64,000 bases of DNA, taken from contig CACHKE010000004.1 in NCBI GenBank assembly GCA_902580335.1, positions 26,112-90,111 on the forward strand, written 5' to 3'. Of the stretch, positions 35,534 to 45,507 are shown one piece after another (position 1 is the first letter of the stretch; each line of letters begins with the position of its first letter). The notes under the pieces are model-generated. The model searched no databases. It was not told the DNA's origin and saw only the letters and a program-made list of their open reading frames with translations. The translations under genes and the position numbers were made by a program. The stretch comes from an uncultured Pelagibacteraceae bacterium (GTDB taxonomy: Bacteria; Pseudomonadota; Alphaproteobacteria; Pelagibacterales; Pelagibacteraceae).

Positions 35534-36919
35534 GTGAACTTAATACTATTTACATTTATTGTTCTTCTAGGTTTCACAAGCTATTATTTTGGACGCAAAA
35601 AAGCATATACAATTCAATCTACAAAAAAAAGATTAACTGCATTACCACAATTTTATGGTTATTATCTTGCAATCTGGTGTGCAATACCAGCCTTTATAAT
35701 TTTTTCATTATGGGCAATTTTTGAGCCCACAATTGTAAAACTATTAATCTTAAGTGATTATTCAAATCAAGGTTATCTTGATGATGAATTAAATTTATTA
35801 TACGAAAAATCAAAAGCATTGTCTCGAGGGCAATTCACTGGAGAAATTACACCTTTTATTGAAGCTTCAGCTGAAAAATATTTAAGTCTTCGATCAATAG
35901 CTCAAAGTTCAAAAGTTGTTATAGTATTATCTGCAATTATTGCCTCTGTTGCTTATGCGTATAAAAGAATTTCATCTAATTCTAGAACAAGAGAACCAGT
36001 TGAAAAATTTTTGAACGCAGTTTTATTTACAGCTTCTTTAGCTGCAATATTAACTACTGTTGGAATAGTTTTCTCACTTATATTTCAAACTATAGATTTT
36101 TTTAAAGTAATTCCATTATTTGATTTTGTCTTTGGAACTCACTGGTATCCAGCAAAAGCTTTTGTTAGAGATTCTTCTGAGGCTTTAGATCCGACGATGT
36201 ATTCAGATACTTTTGGAGCAGTCCCTATTTTTGCAGGTACTTTTTTTATTGCATTTATTGCTATGTGCGTTGCTATCCCAATTGGATTAATGAGTGGAAT
36301 TTATTTAGCTGAATATGCATCAACTAAAGTTAGACAATATGCAAAACCATTAATCGAAATTTTAGCTGGTATACCAACAGTTGTTTATGGTTTTTTTGCT
36401 GCCCTAACTGTTGGACCATTTTTGAAAGAATTAGGAACTTCTATGGGTCTTGAAGTTTCAGCTGAAAGTGCTTTAGCAGCAGGAGGGGTAATGGGTATTA
36501 TGATCATACCATTTATTTCAAGTTTAAGTGACGATGTAATTACAAGTGTGCCTCAAAGTTTAAGAGATGGAAGTTACGCTATGGGAGCAACTAAATCAGA
36601 AACAATCAAGAGAGTTATTTTTCCTGCGGCATTGCCGGGGATAGTTGGATCTATTTTACTTGGTGTTTCAAGAGCTATTGGAGAAACAATGATAGTTGTT
36701 ATGGCCTCTGGTTTAGCTGCTAATTTAACTTTAAATCCTTTAGAGTCTACTTCAACGATTACAGCTCAAATTGTAGTTATTCTAATTGGTGACCAAGCTT
36801 TTGGCGACCCAAAAACGCAAGCTGCTTTTGCTTTAGGTATGTCATTATTTTTAGTAACACTTTGTTTAAATATTGTGGCCTTGAGAGTAGTTAAAAAATA
36901 TAGAGAAAAATATGAATAA
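35534..36919 (+). CDS. pstC: Phosphate ABC permease
   Basis: LAGIPTVVYGFF, SRAIGETM; GTG start after AAGGAG. Confidence 0.96.
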   Translation: MNLILFTFIVLLGFTSYYFGRKKAYTIQSTKKRLTALPQFYGYYLAIWCAIPAFIIFSLWAIFEPTIVKLLILSDYSNQGYLDDELNLLYEKSKALSRGQFTGEITPFIEASAEKYLSLRSIAQSSKVVIVLSAIIASVAYAYKRISSNSRTREPVEKFLNAVLFTASLAAILTTVGIVFSLIFQTIDFFKVIPLFDFVFGTHWYPAKAFVRDSSEALDPTMYSDTFGAVPIFAGTFFIAFIAMCVAIPIGLMSGIYLAEYASTKVRQYAKPLIEILAGIPTVVYGFFAALTVGPFLKELGTSMGLEVSAESALAAGGVMGIMIIPFISSLSDDVITSVPQSLRDGSYAMGATKSETIKRVIFPAALPGIVGSILLGVSRAIGETMIVVMASGLAANLTLNPLESTSTITAQIVVILIGDQAFGDPKTQAAFALGMSLFLVTLCLNIVALRVVKKYREKYE

Positions 36920-38180
36920 AAATAAAGAACAATTATTAAATAAAAGATATAAAGCTGAACAGCGATTTCGCTTATACGGTCTGAGTGCAATTTTTATGGC
37001 ACTTTTATTTTTAACAATCTTTATTTTTAAAATTTTTTCAACTGGCTATTCAGCTTTTCAAAAAACATGGCTTATTGTTCCAGTAACTTTCGATGCTGAA
37101 TTAATGATGTTAGACCAAAATCCTTCTAAAGAAGATTTACAGGACGCTGATTATTACGATATAGCATTAAAATCAATGGCTGATTTAGATCCAAACGCTA
37201 ATGAAGATCAAGAAAATGAATTGAAGAGAATGGTGTCTTATTTTTTTGAAAAAGAAATTAAAAATGAACTTTTAAATGACCCTAATTTAATAGGAAAAAC
37301 AAAGGAAGTTTATCTAACTGCTTCAGATGATTTAGACCAAGTCTTTAAAGGAAATTATCCAAGAGATTTACCTGAAGACCAAAGAAGAGTAAGCGATTAT
37401 CAATTAAAAATTTTTGATCAACTTGTTGCAAATGGTAAGGTTGAAAGTAAATTTAATATAAGTTTTTTTACAAATGCTGACTCAAGAGAAGCTGAGCTAG
37501 CTGGAATAGCAAGTTCATTTATGGACTCAATTTTTTCTATACTTGTTTGTTTAATGATAGCTTTTCCTGTTGCGGTTCTAGCTGCAATCTATCTTGAAGA
37601 ATTTGCCCCTAAAAATAGATTTACTGATTTTATTGAAGTAAATATAAACAACTTAGCAGCGGTTCCATCTATAGTTTTTGGTCTATTAGGGTTAGGAGTT
37701 TTATTGGCTATATTTCAATTACCAAGGTCTACCCCATTAGTTGGAGGTATCACTTTGTCCTTAATGACCTTACCAACAATAATTATAGCTGCTAGAGCAT
37801 CTTTAAAAGCAGTTCCACCAAGTATAAGAGAGGCAGCACTTGCTATGGGAGCAAGTCGAATGCAAACCACAATGCATCATACAGTTCCTCTTTCTATGCC
37901 TGGCACGTTATCAGGAACAATAATTGGTTTAGCTCAAGCTTTAGGAGAAACTGCACCCCTAATTTTAATTGGAATGGTTGCTTTTGTTAACACGATACCT
38001 GGATCACCCATGGATCCTGCTGCAAGCTTACCAGTTCAAATTTATATTTGGGCTGAAAGTGCTGAAAGGGGATTTGTAGAAAAAGTTTCGGCATGTATAA
38101 TGGTCTTACTTGGCTTTTTAATAATAATGAATTTATTTGCCCAAATAATAAGACATAAGTTTGAGAAAAAATGGAGTTAA
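36912..38180 (+). CDS. pstA: Phosphate ABC permease
   Basis: [23 protein letters not shown]. Confidence 0.96.
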   Translation: MNKNKEQLLNKRYKAEQRFRLYGLSAIFMALLFLTIFIFKIFSTGYSAFQKTWLIVPVTFDAELMMLDQNPSKEDLQDADYYDIALKSMADLDPNANEDQENELKRMVSYFFEKEIKNELLNDPNLIGKTKEVYLTASDDLDQVFKGNYPRDLPEDQRRVSDYQLKIFDQLVANGKVESKFNISFFTNADSREAELAGIASSFMDSIFSILVCLMIAFPVAVLAAIYLEEFAPKNRFTDFIEVNINNLAAVPSIVFGLLGLGVLLAIFQLPRSTPLVGGITLSLMTLPTIIIAARASLKAVPPSIREAALAMGASRMQTTMHHTVPLSMPGTLSGTIIGLAQALGETAPLILIGMVAFVNTIPGSPMDPAASLPVQIYIWAESAERGFVEKVSACIMVLLGFLIIMNLFAQIIRHKFEKKWS

Positions 38181-38181
38181 A

Positions 38182-38937
38182 ATGATAAAGATTAAAGCAA
38201 AAGATGTTGATGTTTTTTATGGAAAAAAACAAGCACTCTTTAATATAAGTTTAGATATTGAGGAAAATCAAGTAACGGCATTAATTGGTCCCTCTGGTTG
38301 TGGTAAATCAACTTTCCTAAGATGTCTTAATAGAATGAATGATGTAATTGATATCTGTAGTGTTAAAGGAGAAATTTTAATTAATGACTTTAATATTAAT
38401 GATAAAAGTTGTGATGTAGTAAGATTAAGAGAAAAAATTGGTATGGTTTTTCAAAAACCTAATCCTTTCCCAAAAACTTTATATGAAAATGTATCTTACG
38501 GTCCAACAATTCATGGTATGGCTCAATCAAAACAAGAAATGGATGAAATTGTTGAAACTAGTTTAAAAAAGGCTGCACTATGGGAAGAGGTAAAAGATAG
38601 ATTGCATGAACCTGGAACTGGATTATCTGGAGGACAACAACAAAGACTTTGTATTGCTAGAGCGATTTCTGTAAGACCAGAAGTTATATTAATGGATGAG
38701 CCTTGTTCAGCATTAGATCCTATAGCAACAGCGCAAATTGAAGAATTGATTGATGAGTTAAAAAAAGAGCACACAATAATAATTGTAACTCATTCTATGG
38801 CTCAAGCAGCACGCGTTTCTCAAAATACAGGTTTTTTTCATTTAGGACAATTGATTGAACATGGATCTACTGATAAAATATTTAAGAATCCTGATAATAA
38901 AAAAACGCAAGATTATATAACAGGGAGGTTTGGATAA
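38182..38937 (+). CDS. pstB: Phosphate ABC ATPase (start moved to ATG 38182)
   Basis: [33 protein letters not shown]. Confidence 0.97.
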   Translation: MIKIKAKDVDVFYGKKQALFNISLDIEENQVTALIGPSGCGKSTFLRCLNRMNDVIDICSVKGEILINDFNINDKSCDVVRLREKIGMVFQKPNPFPKTLYENVSYGPTIHGMAQSKQEMDEIVETSLKKAALWEEVKDRLHEPGTGLSGGQQQRLCIARAISVRPEVILMDEPCSALDPIATAQIEELIDELKKEHTIIIVTHSMAQAARVSQNTGFFHLGQLIEHGSTDKIFKNPDNKKTQDYITGRFG

Positions 38938-39644
38938 TGTCTGAAGCACCACATACAGTTAAATCTTACGAGGAAGAACTAAAAAATCTTAATGCTAATA
39001 TCGTTAAGATGGGAAGTGCATGTGAGGATGCTTTAGGTAAAGCAATTCAAGCCATTACAACAAGAAATAGCGATATTGCAGAAAATGTAATTCAAGAAGA
39101 TGAAAAAATAGATAAATATGAGACTTTAATTGAACAGCAAGTTGTGAATTTAATTGCTTTAAGACAACCTATGGCAATTGATTTAAGAGAGACAGTAACG
39201 GCTTTGAAAATGTCTTCAGATTTAGAAAGAATAGGTGATTTAGCAAAAAATATATCCAAGAGAACACTTTTGCTTAACGAAAATCTTCCAAAGAACTTGG
39301 TAGACTCATTGAATAGAGTATCTACCAATGTTCAAAAACAATTAAAATCAACATTAGATGCTTATCTAGAAAGATCTGCGCCAATGGCAGTAAATGTTTG
39401 GGAAGGTGATGAGCAAATAGATGATCTAACAAATCTTTGTATGCAAGAAGTTATAAAATATCTTAAAGAAAATGAAAAAAATTTAGAAGATGGAACCCAT
39501 TTATTGTTTGTAACTAAAAACATAGAGCGTATTGGTGATCATACTACAAATGTTGCAGAACAAGTTTATTATTTAGTTAAAGGCGAATATTTAGAAGGTG
39601 ATAGACCCAAGGGAACAGAGCCAATTGTAACCGGAGAAAAATGA
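38937..39644 (+). CDS. phoU: Phosphate signalling protein PhoU
   Basis: QPMAIDLR, DLERIGD, IERIGDH. Confidence 0.96.
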   Translation: MSEAPHTVKSYEEELKNLNANIVKMGSACEDALGKAIQAITTRNSDIAENVIQEDEKIDKYETLIEQQVVNLIALRQPMAIDLRETVTALKMSSDLERIGDLAKNISKRTLLLNENLPKNLVDSLNRVSTNVQKQLKSTLDAYLERSAPMAVNVWEGDEQIDDLTNLCMQEVIKYLKENEKNLEDGTHLLFVTKNIERIGDHTTNVAEQVYYLVKGEYLEGDRPKGTEPIVTGEK

Positions 39645-39647
39645 TTT

Positions 39648-40331
39648 ATGTCAGCTCATGTTTTCATAGCTGAAGATGAAGCATCAATTGTTAGTTTGTT
39701 AAAGTACAATCTTGAAAAAGAAGGTTATAAAGTCAGTCATTCAGAAAATGGAGAAGATGCTCTTAAACAAATAAAATTAAAACAGCCAGATTTAATATTA
39801 ATGGATTGGATGTTACCAGAATTATCTGGTGTTGAAATTTGTAAAAACTTAAAAAAAGATAATAAGTTTAATGATATTCCTGTCATTATGTTAACTGCAA
39901 AAGGGGAGGAAGAAGACAAATTAAAAGCATTTGATACAGGTGCAGATGATTATGTAACTAAACCTTTTAGTCAAAAAGAATTGAATGCTAGAATTAAATC
40001 TTTATTGAGAAGATCTAAACCTCAATCATCGTCAGACATTGTAGAATTTACTGATTTAAAAATAGATCGGATTACAAAAAGAGTTTATAGAAAAGATAAA
40101 GAAATTACTTTGGGTCCAACTGAATTTAAACTCTTAGATTTTTTTATCAAAAATCCAAAAAGAGTTTATTCAAGAGAACAACTCTTAAACAATGTTTGGG
40201 GAGAAAATATATATGTTGAGTCTAGAACAGTTGATGTTCATATTAGAAGATTAAGACAAGCAATTAACATACAAAATACAAAACCTTTAATTAGAACAGT
40301 AAGATCAGCTGGTTATTCTTTAGAATCTTGA
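39648..40331 (+). CDS. phoB: Phosphate regulon response regulator
   Basis: DWMLP, LGPTEFKLL, REQLLNNVWG, RTVDVHIRRLR. Confidence 0.96.
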   Translation: MSAHVFIAEDEASIVSLLKYNLEKEGYKVSHSENGEDALKQIKLKQPDLILMDWMLPELSGVEICKNLKKDNKFNDIPVIMLTAKGEEEDKLKAFDTGADDYVTKPFSQKELNARIKSLLRRSKPQSSSDIVEFTDLKIDRITKRVYRKDKEITLGPTEFKLLDFFIKNPKRVYSREQLLNNVWGENIYVESRTVDVHIRRLRQAINIQNTKPLIRTVRSAGYSLES

Positions 40332-40837
40332 AGATCTTTGGGTCTTATAAATTTTTTTAATACTCCCTTTTTCTCAACTTCATTCCAGGATTTAATATCA
40401 AACTCAATTTTTGCAAATGCTGCTGTTGGGAATTTATAATTCATTAGTTTAAAATTATTCGTATTATGATTTTTTGTAAGATTTCGTACTAAATTTTTCA
40501 CTGATGGTTCATGGTTTATAATCAAAATTGATTTATATTCACTGGATATTTCTTTAATTTTTTTTACAATTGCATTCTCATCAACTAAATATAAATCTTT
40601 TGAAAAATTAACTTTTTTTGGCTTATTAATTTTCTTGGATAAAATTTGAAAAGTTTTTTTTGTTCTTTTTGATGATGAAATTAATGCATAATCAAATTCA
40701 AATTTTTTTTTAACAAAAAATTCACAAATCATTTTTGCATTTTTCTTGCCTCTTTTACTAAGTGGTCTATCAAAATCATTAATACTTAAATCATCCCAAC
40801 TAGATTTTGCGTGTCTCATGACGTATAATTGATACAT
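40313..40837 (-). CDS. sixA: SixA-family phosphohistidine phosphatase (start moved to ATG 40837)
   Basis: MYQLYVMRHAKS, DFDRPL, SS-RT-T, HEP, FPTA. Confidence 0.88.
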   Translation of the reverse strand: MYQLYVMRHAKSSWDDLSINDFDRPLSKRGKKNAKMICEFFVKKKFEFDYALISSSKRTKKTFQILSKKINKPKKVNFSKDLYLVDENAIVKKIKEISSEYKSILIINHEPSVKNLVRNLTKNHNTNNFKLMNYKFPTAAFAKIEFDIKSWNEVEKKGVLKKFIRPKDLQDSKE

Positions 40838-40850
40838 AAAATCTAAATAT

Positions 40851-43007
40851 ATGACTGCTTTAAAAAAACAACATAAAGAAGAGTTGAAATCTAAATATAT
40901 AAATAGAGAGCTTTCTTGGTTAAAATTCAACGATAGAGTACTTTTAGAGGCGCAAAATATCGAAAATCCTCTTTATGAAAGAGTAAAGTTTTTATCAATT
41001 GCTGGGTCTAATCTAGATGAATTTTTTATGGTCCGTGTAGCTGGGTTATATAGTCAAATAAAACAAGAAGTTGACTCACTAAGCTCTGATGGTTTGACAC
41101 CTGAAGAGCAAATGGATGAGGTAGTGCTTGAAACTAAGAATCTATTAAAAAAACAGAACAAAATTTTTATTCAACTGATTATGGAATTAAAAAAAAATAA
41201 TATCAATTTAGTTAAACCAGTTAATTTAAATACTAAGGATAAAAAAAAACTTTTAGAAATATTTAAAGAAGAGATTTACCCTTTATTAACACCATCAGCA
41301 ATTGATCCTGCACATCCATTTCCATTTATAATCAATCAAGGAAGAGCAATTGTAATGAAGTTAAGAAAAAAAAATAAAAAAAGGATTTTAAACTCAATAA
41401 TAGTAATACCAAAAGCATTATCTAGATTTATTGAAATTGAGTCTTCAAAAAATCATAAGAAATTTGTGATTCTAGATGATGTAATAAGTTTTTTTGCTAA
41501 TGAAATTTTTCCAGATCATGATTTAGAAAAGAAAATGATTTTTAGAGTAATAAGAGACAGCGATGTAGAGATTCAAGAGGAAGCAGAAGATTTGGTTAGA
41601 TCTTTTGAATTGGCTTTAAAAAGACGTAGAACGGGTGATATTGTTCGTTTAGAGGTTCTTGAAAATAGTGATAACGAATTGATAAGATTTATAACTAATA
41701 AATTAGATATAAATCCTGACTATATTTATGATGTTGCTGGCCTTGTTGGAATTCAAGATATAGATCAAATATGTAAAGTAAAAAATCCAAAATTAAGATT
41801 TAAACATTTTACACCTAGAGAAGTTGAAAGATTAAAAGAATATAATGATAATTTTTTTGAAACTATTAAAAAGAAAGATTTAGTTGTTCATCATCCTTTT
41901 GAAACATTTGACTCAGTAATTGAATTTTTAAACCAAGCAGCAAATGATAAAAAAGTTATAGCTATAAAACAAACTCTATATAGAACAACTCTAGACTCAC
42001 CTATTGTTAAAGCTTTAATAACAGCTGCAGAAAACGGAAAAACAGTTACCGCTTTAATTGAAATTAAAGCTAGATTTGATGAGGAAGCTAATATTCAACT
42101 ATCAAGAAGTTTAGAAAAAGTAGGTGTTCAAATTGTTTATGGTTTTGCTAAATACAAAACTCATGCAAAATCATCACTTGTTTTAAGAAGAGAACAGGGT
42201 AAAATACAAACTTATTTTCATTTAGGAACTGGCAATTATCACCCAGTAAATGCTAAAATTTACACTGATTTGTCTTTATTTAGTTGTGATAAGAAAATGG
42301 CATCAGATGTTGAAAAGTTTTTCAATTATGTAACAGGATACGCAAAACCAAAAAATTTAAATAAAATTTCTATTTCGCCAGTAAATATGAGGCAAACCTT
42401 AAATGAAAATATTGATGCTGAAATTAAAAATTCTAAAAATGGAAAATTTGCAGCTATTTGGGCAAAAATGAACTCTTTAGTAGATCCAGAAATTATTGAT
42501 AAATTTTATGAAGCTTCGAATGCTGGTGTAAAAATTCATTTATTTGTAAGGGGTGTTTGTTGTTTAAGACCAGGAGTTAAAGATAGATCAGAAAACATAG
42601 TTGTAAAAAGTATCATAGGAAGATTTTTAGAGCATTCTAGAATTTACTGCTTTAGTAATGGTACAAAAAAAATGCCTAATAGAAATGCAAAAGTATATAT
42701 TTCGTCAGCTGATTTAATGCCGAGAAATTTAAATCGAAGGGTAGAACTTCTAGTCCCAATTGAAAATGAGACTGTTCATGAACAGATCTTAGATCAAATA
42801 ATGTTGGCAAATTATCTTGATACTAATCAGAGCTGGGAACTTGAAGCTGATGGCAATTATAAAAAAATTAAATATAGTAAGAGCGATTCCTTTTCAGCTC
42901 ATGAATATTTTATGAATAATCCGAGCTTATCTGGAAGAGGTAAAGCTAAACTAAAAATGCAGCCTAAACAACTGCACTTAAGATTGATTAAAAGTGGAAG
43001 TAATTAA
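40851..43007 (+). CDS. ppk1: Polyphosphate kinase 1
   Basis: NRELSWL-FN-RVL, NLDEFFMVRVAG, HHPFE, KTHAK, RFLEHSRI, RRVE. Confidence 0.98.
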   Translation: MTALKKQHKEELKSKYINRELSWLKFNDRVLLEAQNIENPLYERVKFLSIAGSNLDEFFMVRVAGLYSQIKQEVDSLSSDGLTPEEQMDEVVLETKNLLKKQNKIFIQLIMELKKNNINLVKPVNLNTKDKKKLLEIFKEEIYPLLTPSAIDPAHPFPFIINQGRAIVMKLRKKNKKRILNSIIVIPKALSRFIEIESSKNHKKFVILDDVISFFANEIFPDHDLEKKMIFRVIRDSDVEIQEEAEDLVRSFELALKRRRTGDIVRLEVLENSDNELIRFITNKLDINPDYIYDVAGLVGIQDIDQICKVKNPKLRFKHFTPREVERLKEYNDNFFETIKKKDLVVHHPFETFDSVIEFLNQAANDKKVIAIKQTLYRTTLDSPIVKALITAAENGKTVTALIEIKARFDEEANIQLSRSLEKVGVQIVYGFAKYKTHAKSSLVLRREQGKIQTYFHLGTGNYHPVNAKIYTDLSLFSCDKKMASDVEKFFNYVTGYAKPKNLNKISISPVNMRQTLNENIDAEIKNSKNGKFAAIWAKMNSLVDPEIIDKFYEASNAGVKIHLFVRGVCCLRPGVKDRSENIVVKSIIGRFLEHSRIYCFSNGTKKMPNRNAKVYISSADLMPRNLNRRVELLVPIENETVHEQILDQIMLANYLDTNQSWELEADGNYKKIKYSKSDSFSAHEYFMNNPSLSGRGKAKLKMQPKQLHLRLIKSGSN

Positions 43008-44505
43008 AAGTAAAAATAGTTTAAAATTAAAACAGGCAAGATTAGCTATAATTGACATTGGATCAAACTCTATAAGAATGCTAATTTATGAAGATTTCAG
43101 TTCTTCTCGTGTGCCTTTTTTTAATGAAAAAGCAGTTTGTGAACTTGGAAAAAATTTAGATAAATCCAAAAAACTTCACAGATCTGGTACCGAATATGCT
43201 TTAAAAGTTTTAAAAAGATTCTCTGAAATTTTAAATGTTTCAAAAATCACAAATCTTAAAATCATTGCAACAGCAGTTTTAAGAGAAGCAACTGATACAA
43301 AACCATTTATTAATGAAGTTGAAAAACTTTTTAAAACTAAGATTAATATATTATCTGGTGAAGAAGAAGCTGAATGCTCAGCTGAGGGAGTTAAAATAGG
43401 CTTTGAAAATGTTGATGGATTAGTTGCCGATCTTGGAGGCGGTAGTTTAGAATTAGCTCGAGTTGAAAACAATATAGTAACTAATAAAACCTCATTACCT
43501 ATTGGTGTTTTAAGATTATTAAATAATCCTATAGTTAAAAAAAGAAATTTAGCAAAATATATCAAAAAATTATTAAGAGAAGAAAAATGGCTTTCAAAAA
43601 AGAAATTTAATAATCTATATTTAGTTGGAGGTACTTGGCGAGCATTATTTAAATTACATCTTTTTCAAAATAATCATCCGGTACATATAATTCATCAATA
43701 CAGTATTGATAACAATGTTTTATCTAAGTTTGTTGAAAAAATTTCATCTTTTAATAAATCTAAACTTAAAACAGTTGAGTATATTTCAAAATCTAGAACA
43801 CCATATTTACCTTATAGTTGCATTATACTTGATGAAATTATGAGAGTTACAAATCCAAAAAATATAATTTGTTCTATAAGCGGTTTGCGTGAAGGTTCTT
43901 TATCAATTGACTATTTTAAAGATGTAAAAGAATCAGAAATTTTTCACAAAGCAATTGAGAATATTGCAAAAAAAAGAGGTGATCTAGGATCGAACTATAA
44001 AAAATATTATGATTTTATTCAGCCAGTTTTTGAAGGCAATGAACATTTTAATAAGAAATTATTATATCTGGCATGTGTATTAAGTCATATGGATTGGGGA
44101 TTAGGAGCATTTCAAAAAGCTGAATTGGTATTTCAAGAAACAATAAATACTCCTTTACTTAGATTGACTCATAAAGAAAGAATACAATTAGCTTTGTCAT
44201 GTTATTGGCGGTACTGTAGTATCAAGTATAATCCAAAGATGGAGTATCTAACTTTTTTAAATAATAATGAAATTTTTTCAAGCAAACAAGTTGGAGCAGC
44301 TTTGAGATTTTCACAATCATTGACCTCGATATCTACGATATTTCTTGAAGAGTTTAAATTATATAAAAGAGGTAATGCTGTATTTTTGAAAATTCCATCA
44401 CAACATCAAGAAATAATCTCAAAACAAGTTACTAAAAGATTTAAAGCTCTTGCTAGAGAATTATTTTTAGAACCAAGAGTAATTTACTCAAATAATTCAA
44501 GATAA
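42994..44505 (+). CDS. ppx: Exopolyphosphatase Ppx/GppA
   Basis: IDIGSNSIR, ATAVLREA, DLGGGSLE, GLREG. Confidence 0.94.
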   Translation: MEVIKSKNSLKLKQARLAIIDIGSNSIRMLIYEDFSSSRVPFFNEKAVCELGKNLDKSKKLHRSGTEYALKVLKRFSEILNVSKITNLKIIATAVLREATDTKPFINEVEKLFKTKINILSGEEEAECSAEGVKIGFENVDGLVADLGGGSLELARVENNIVTNKTSLPIGVLRLLNNPIVKKRNLAKYIKKLLREEKWLSKKKFNNLYLVGGTWRALFKLHLFQNNHPVHIIHQYSIDNNVLSKFVEKISSFNKSKLKTVEYISKSRTPYLPYSCIILDEIMRVTNPKNIICSISGLREGSLSIDYFKDVKESEIFHKAIENIAKKRGDLGSNYKKYYDFIQPVFEGNEHFNKKLLYLACVLSHMDWGLGAFQKAELVFQETINTPLLRLTHKERIQLALSCYWRYCSIKYNPKMEYLTFLNNNEIFSSKQVGAALRFSQSLTSISTIFLEEFKLYKRGNAVFLKIPSQHQEIISKQVTKRFKALARELFLEPRVIYSNNSR

Positions 44506-44543
44506 ATTAAATTTAATTCTATTTTTAATTGAGTGATATTTTT

Positions 44544-44716
44544 TTGTAACATTATTTTAATTTAAATTCATTTAACTTTAACAATAAGTAAATAATTTTG
44601 TAACTTAGTTTATGTATAAAGCACCATCAAAGTTTAAATATTCATTATTTCTTCCCCTGTTTAAATTTTGTTGATTAACTACTTTCTTCCTTCTCTTAAA
44701 TGAGAAGGGAGAAAAG
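44544..44716 (+). ncRNA. Candidate Pho-box promoter plus small RNA in the convergent ppx/microprotein gap
   Basis: Periodic half-sites (TTGTAAC 44544, TTTTAAT 44555, CTTTAAC 44576, TTGTAAC 44598), TATAAA exactly 10 bp after the last one, then a CU-rich tract and a 13-bp hairpin (44683-44714). Confidence 0.4.
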
Positions 44717-44726
44717 CGATTTGGAA

Positions 44727-44936
44727 TTAATTATTTATAGATGCAGGAGACTGCTCTGCATTTTTCTTAGCAAGCTTTTTTGCTTTTTTTTCTGCAACCT
44801 TTTTTTCTAGACCAGCAATTTTAATATTAAGGCTTGATAATTTTTTTTCTTTTGCTGTAATTTTATTTTTAAGTTTGTCTATTGATTTTAATATCTTTGT
44901 TTTTTTCTTTTCATTTTTTTTTAGTTTTTTTCTCAT
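44727..44936 (-). CDS. Small lysine-rich coiled-coil protein
   Basis: 69 aa with 24 Lys; strong GGAGG RBS upstream. Confidence 0.75.
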   Translation of the reverse strand: MRKKLKKNEKKKTKILKSIDKLKNKITAKEKKLSSLNIKIAGLEKKVAEKKAKKLAKKNAEQSPASINN

Positions 44937-45015
44937 TACTGCCTCCGAATTATTTAATATTTGATTTAATCATATAATCCTTAAATAAAAAAGATATTTT
45001 GATACAACCTTTAGT

Positions 45016-45507
45016 TTATAGTTTTTTAAGAACTGTTATTAAATAAAAAAACATTGCTATATGAGAACTATTATTGAATTTTTGATTTAATATTAATTTA
45101 AATATCTCTTTTTGATTAAAAAGATGAATTCTAATACCTTGTTCTGGTTTCGAAATTTTAATTAAGTCTTCTGTGTAATAACCAGTAATTTTAGTAGTTA
45201 GTCTTCCAGGTTCAGTATAAAAAGTTATTATTTTACTCAATTTTGATCTTGATCTATATCCTGTTTCTTCTCTTAATTCCTTATATGCTGATTGCAGAGT
45301 TGTTTCCTTTTTTTCCACTATGCCAGAAGGAAACTCGTAATTAATTTTATTAATTGGAACTCTTTTTTGGGAAACTACTACATATTTGTCTTTAATCTTA
45401 GGTATTACTAATGAAAGATTAGAAGTTTTAAGATAATGATAAAACTCTTTTTTTTTAAATTTTTTGTTAATTAAACTTATTCGATTAGTAAGTTTTATAT
45501 TTTTCAA
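45016..45507 (-). CDS. NUDIX hydrolase (ADP-ribose pyrophosphatase-like)
   Basis: EFPSGIVEKKETTLQSAYKELREETG Nudix box (RE replaced by KE); TTG start overlapping the aquaporin stop. Confidence 0.85.
   Translation of the reverse strand: MKNIKLTNRISLINKKFKKKEFYHYLKTSNLSLVIPKIKDKYVVVSQKRVPINKINYEFPSGIVEKKETTLQSAYKELREETGYRSRSKLSKIITFYTEPGRLTTKITGYYTEDLIKISKPEQGIRIHLFNQKEIFKLILNQKFNNSSHIAMFFYLITVLKKL

Noticed and set aside
40838-40930. Apparent 80-bp head-to-head coding overlap of sixA and ppk1
   Set aside because: The SixA RH motif belongs at the N-terminus; the real start is ATG 40837
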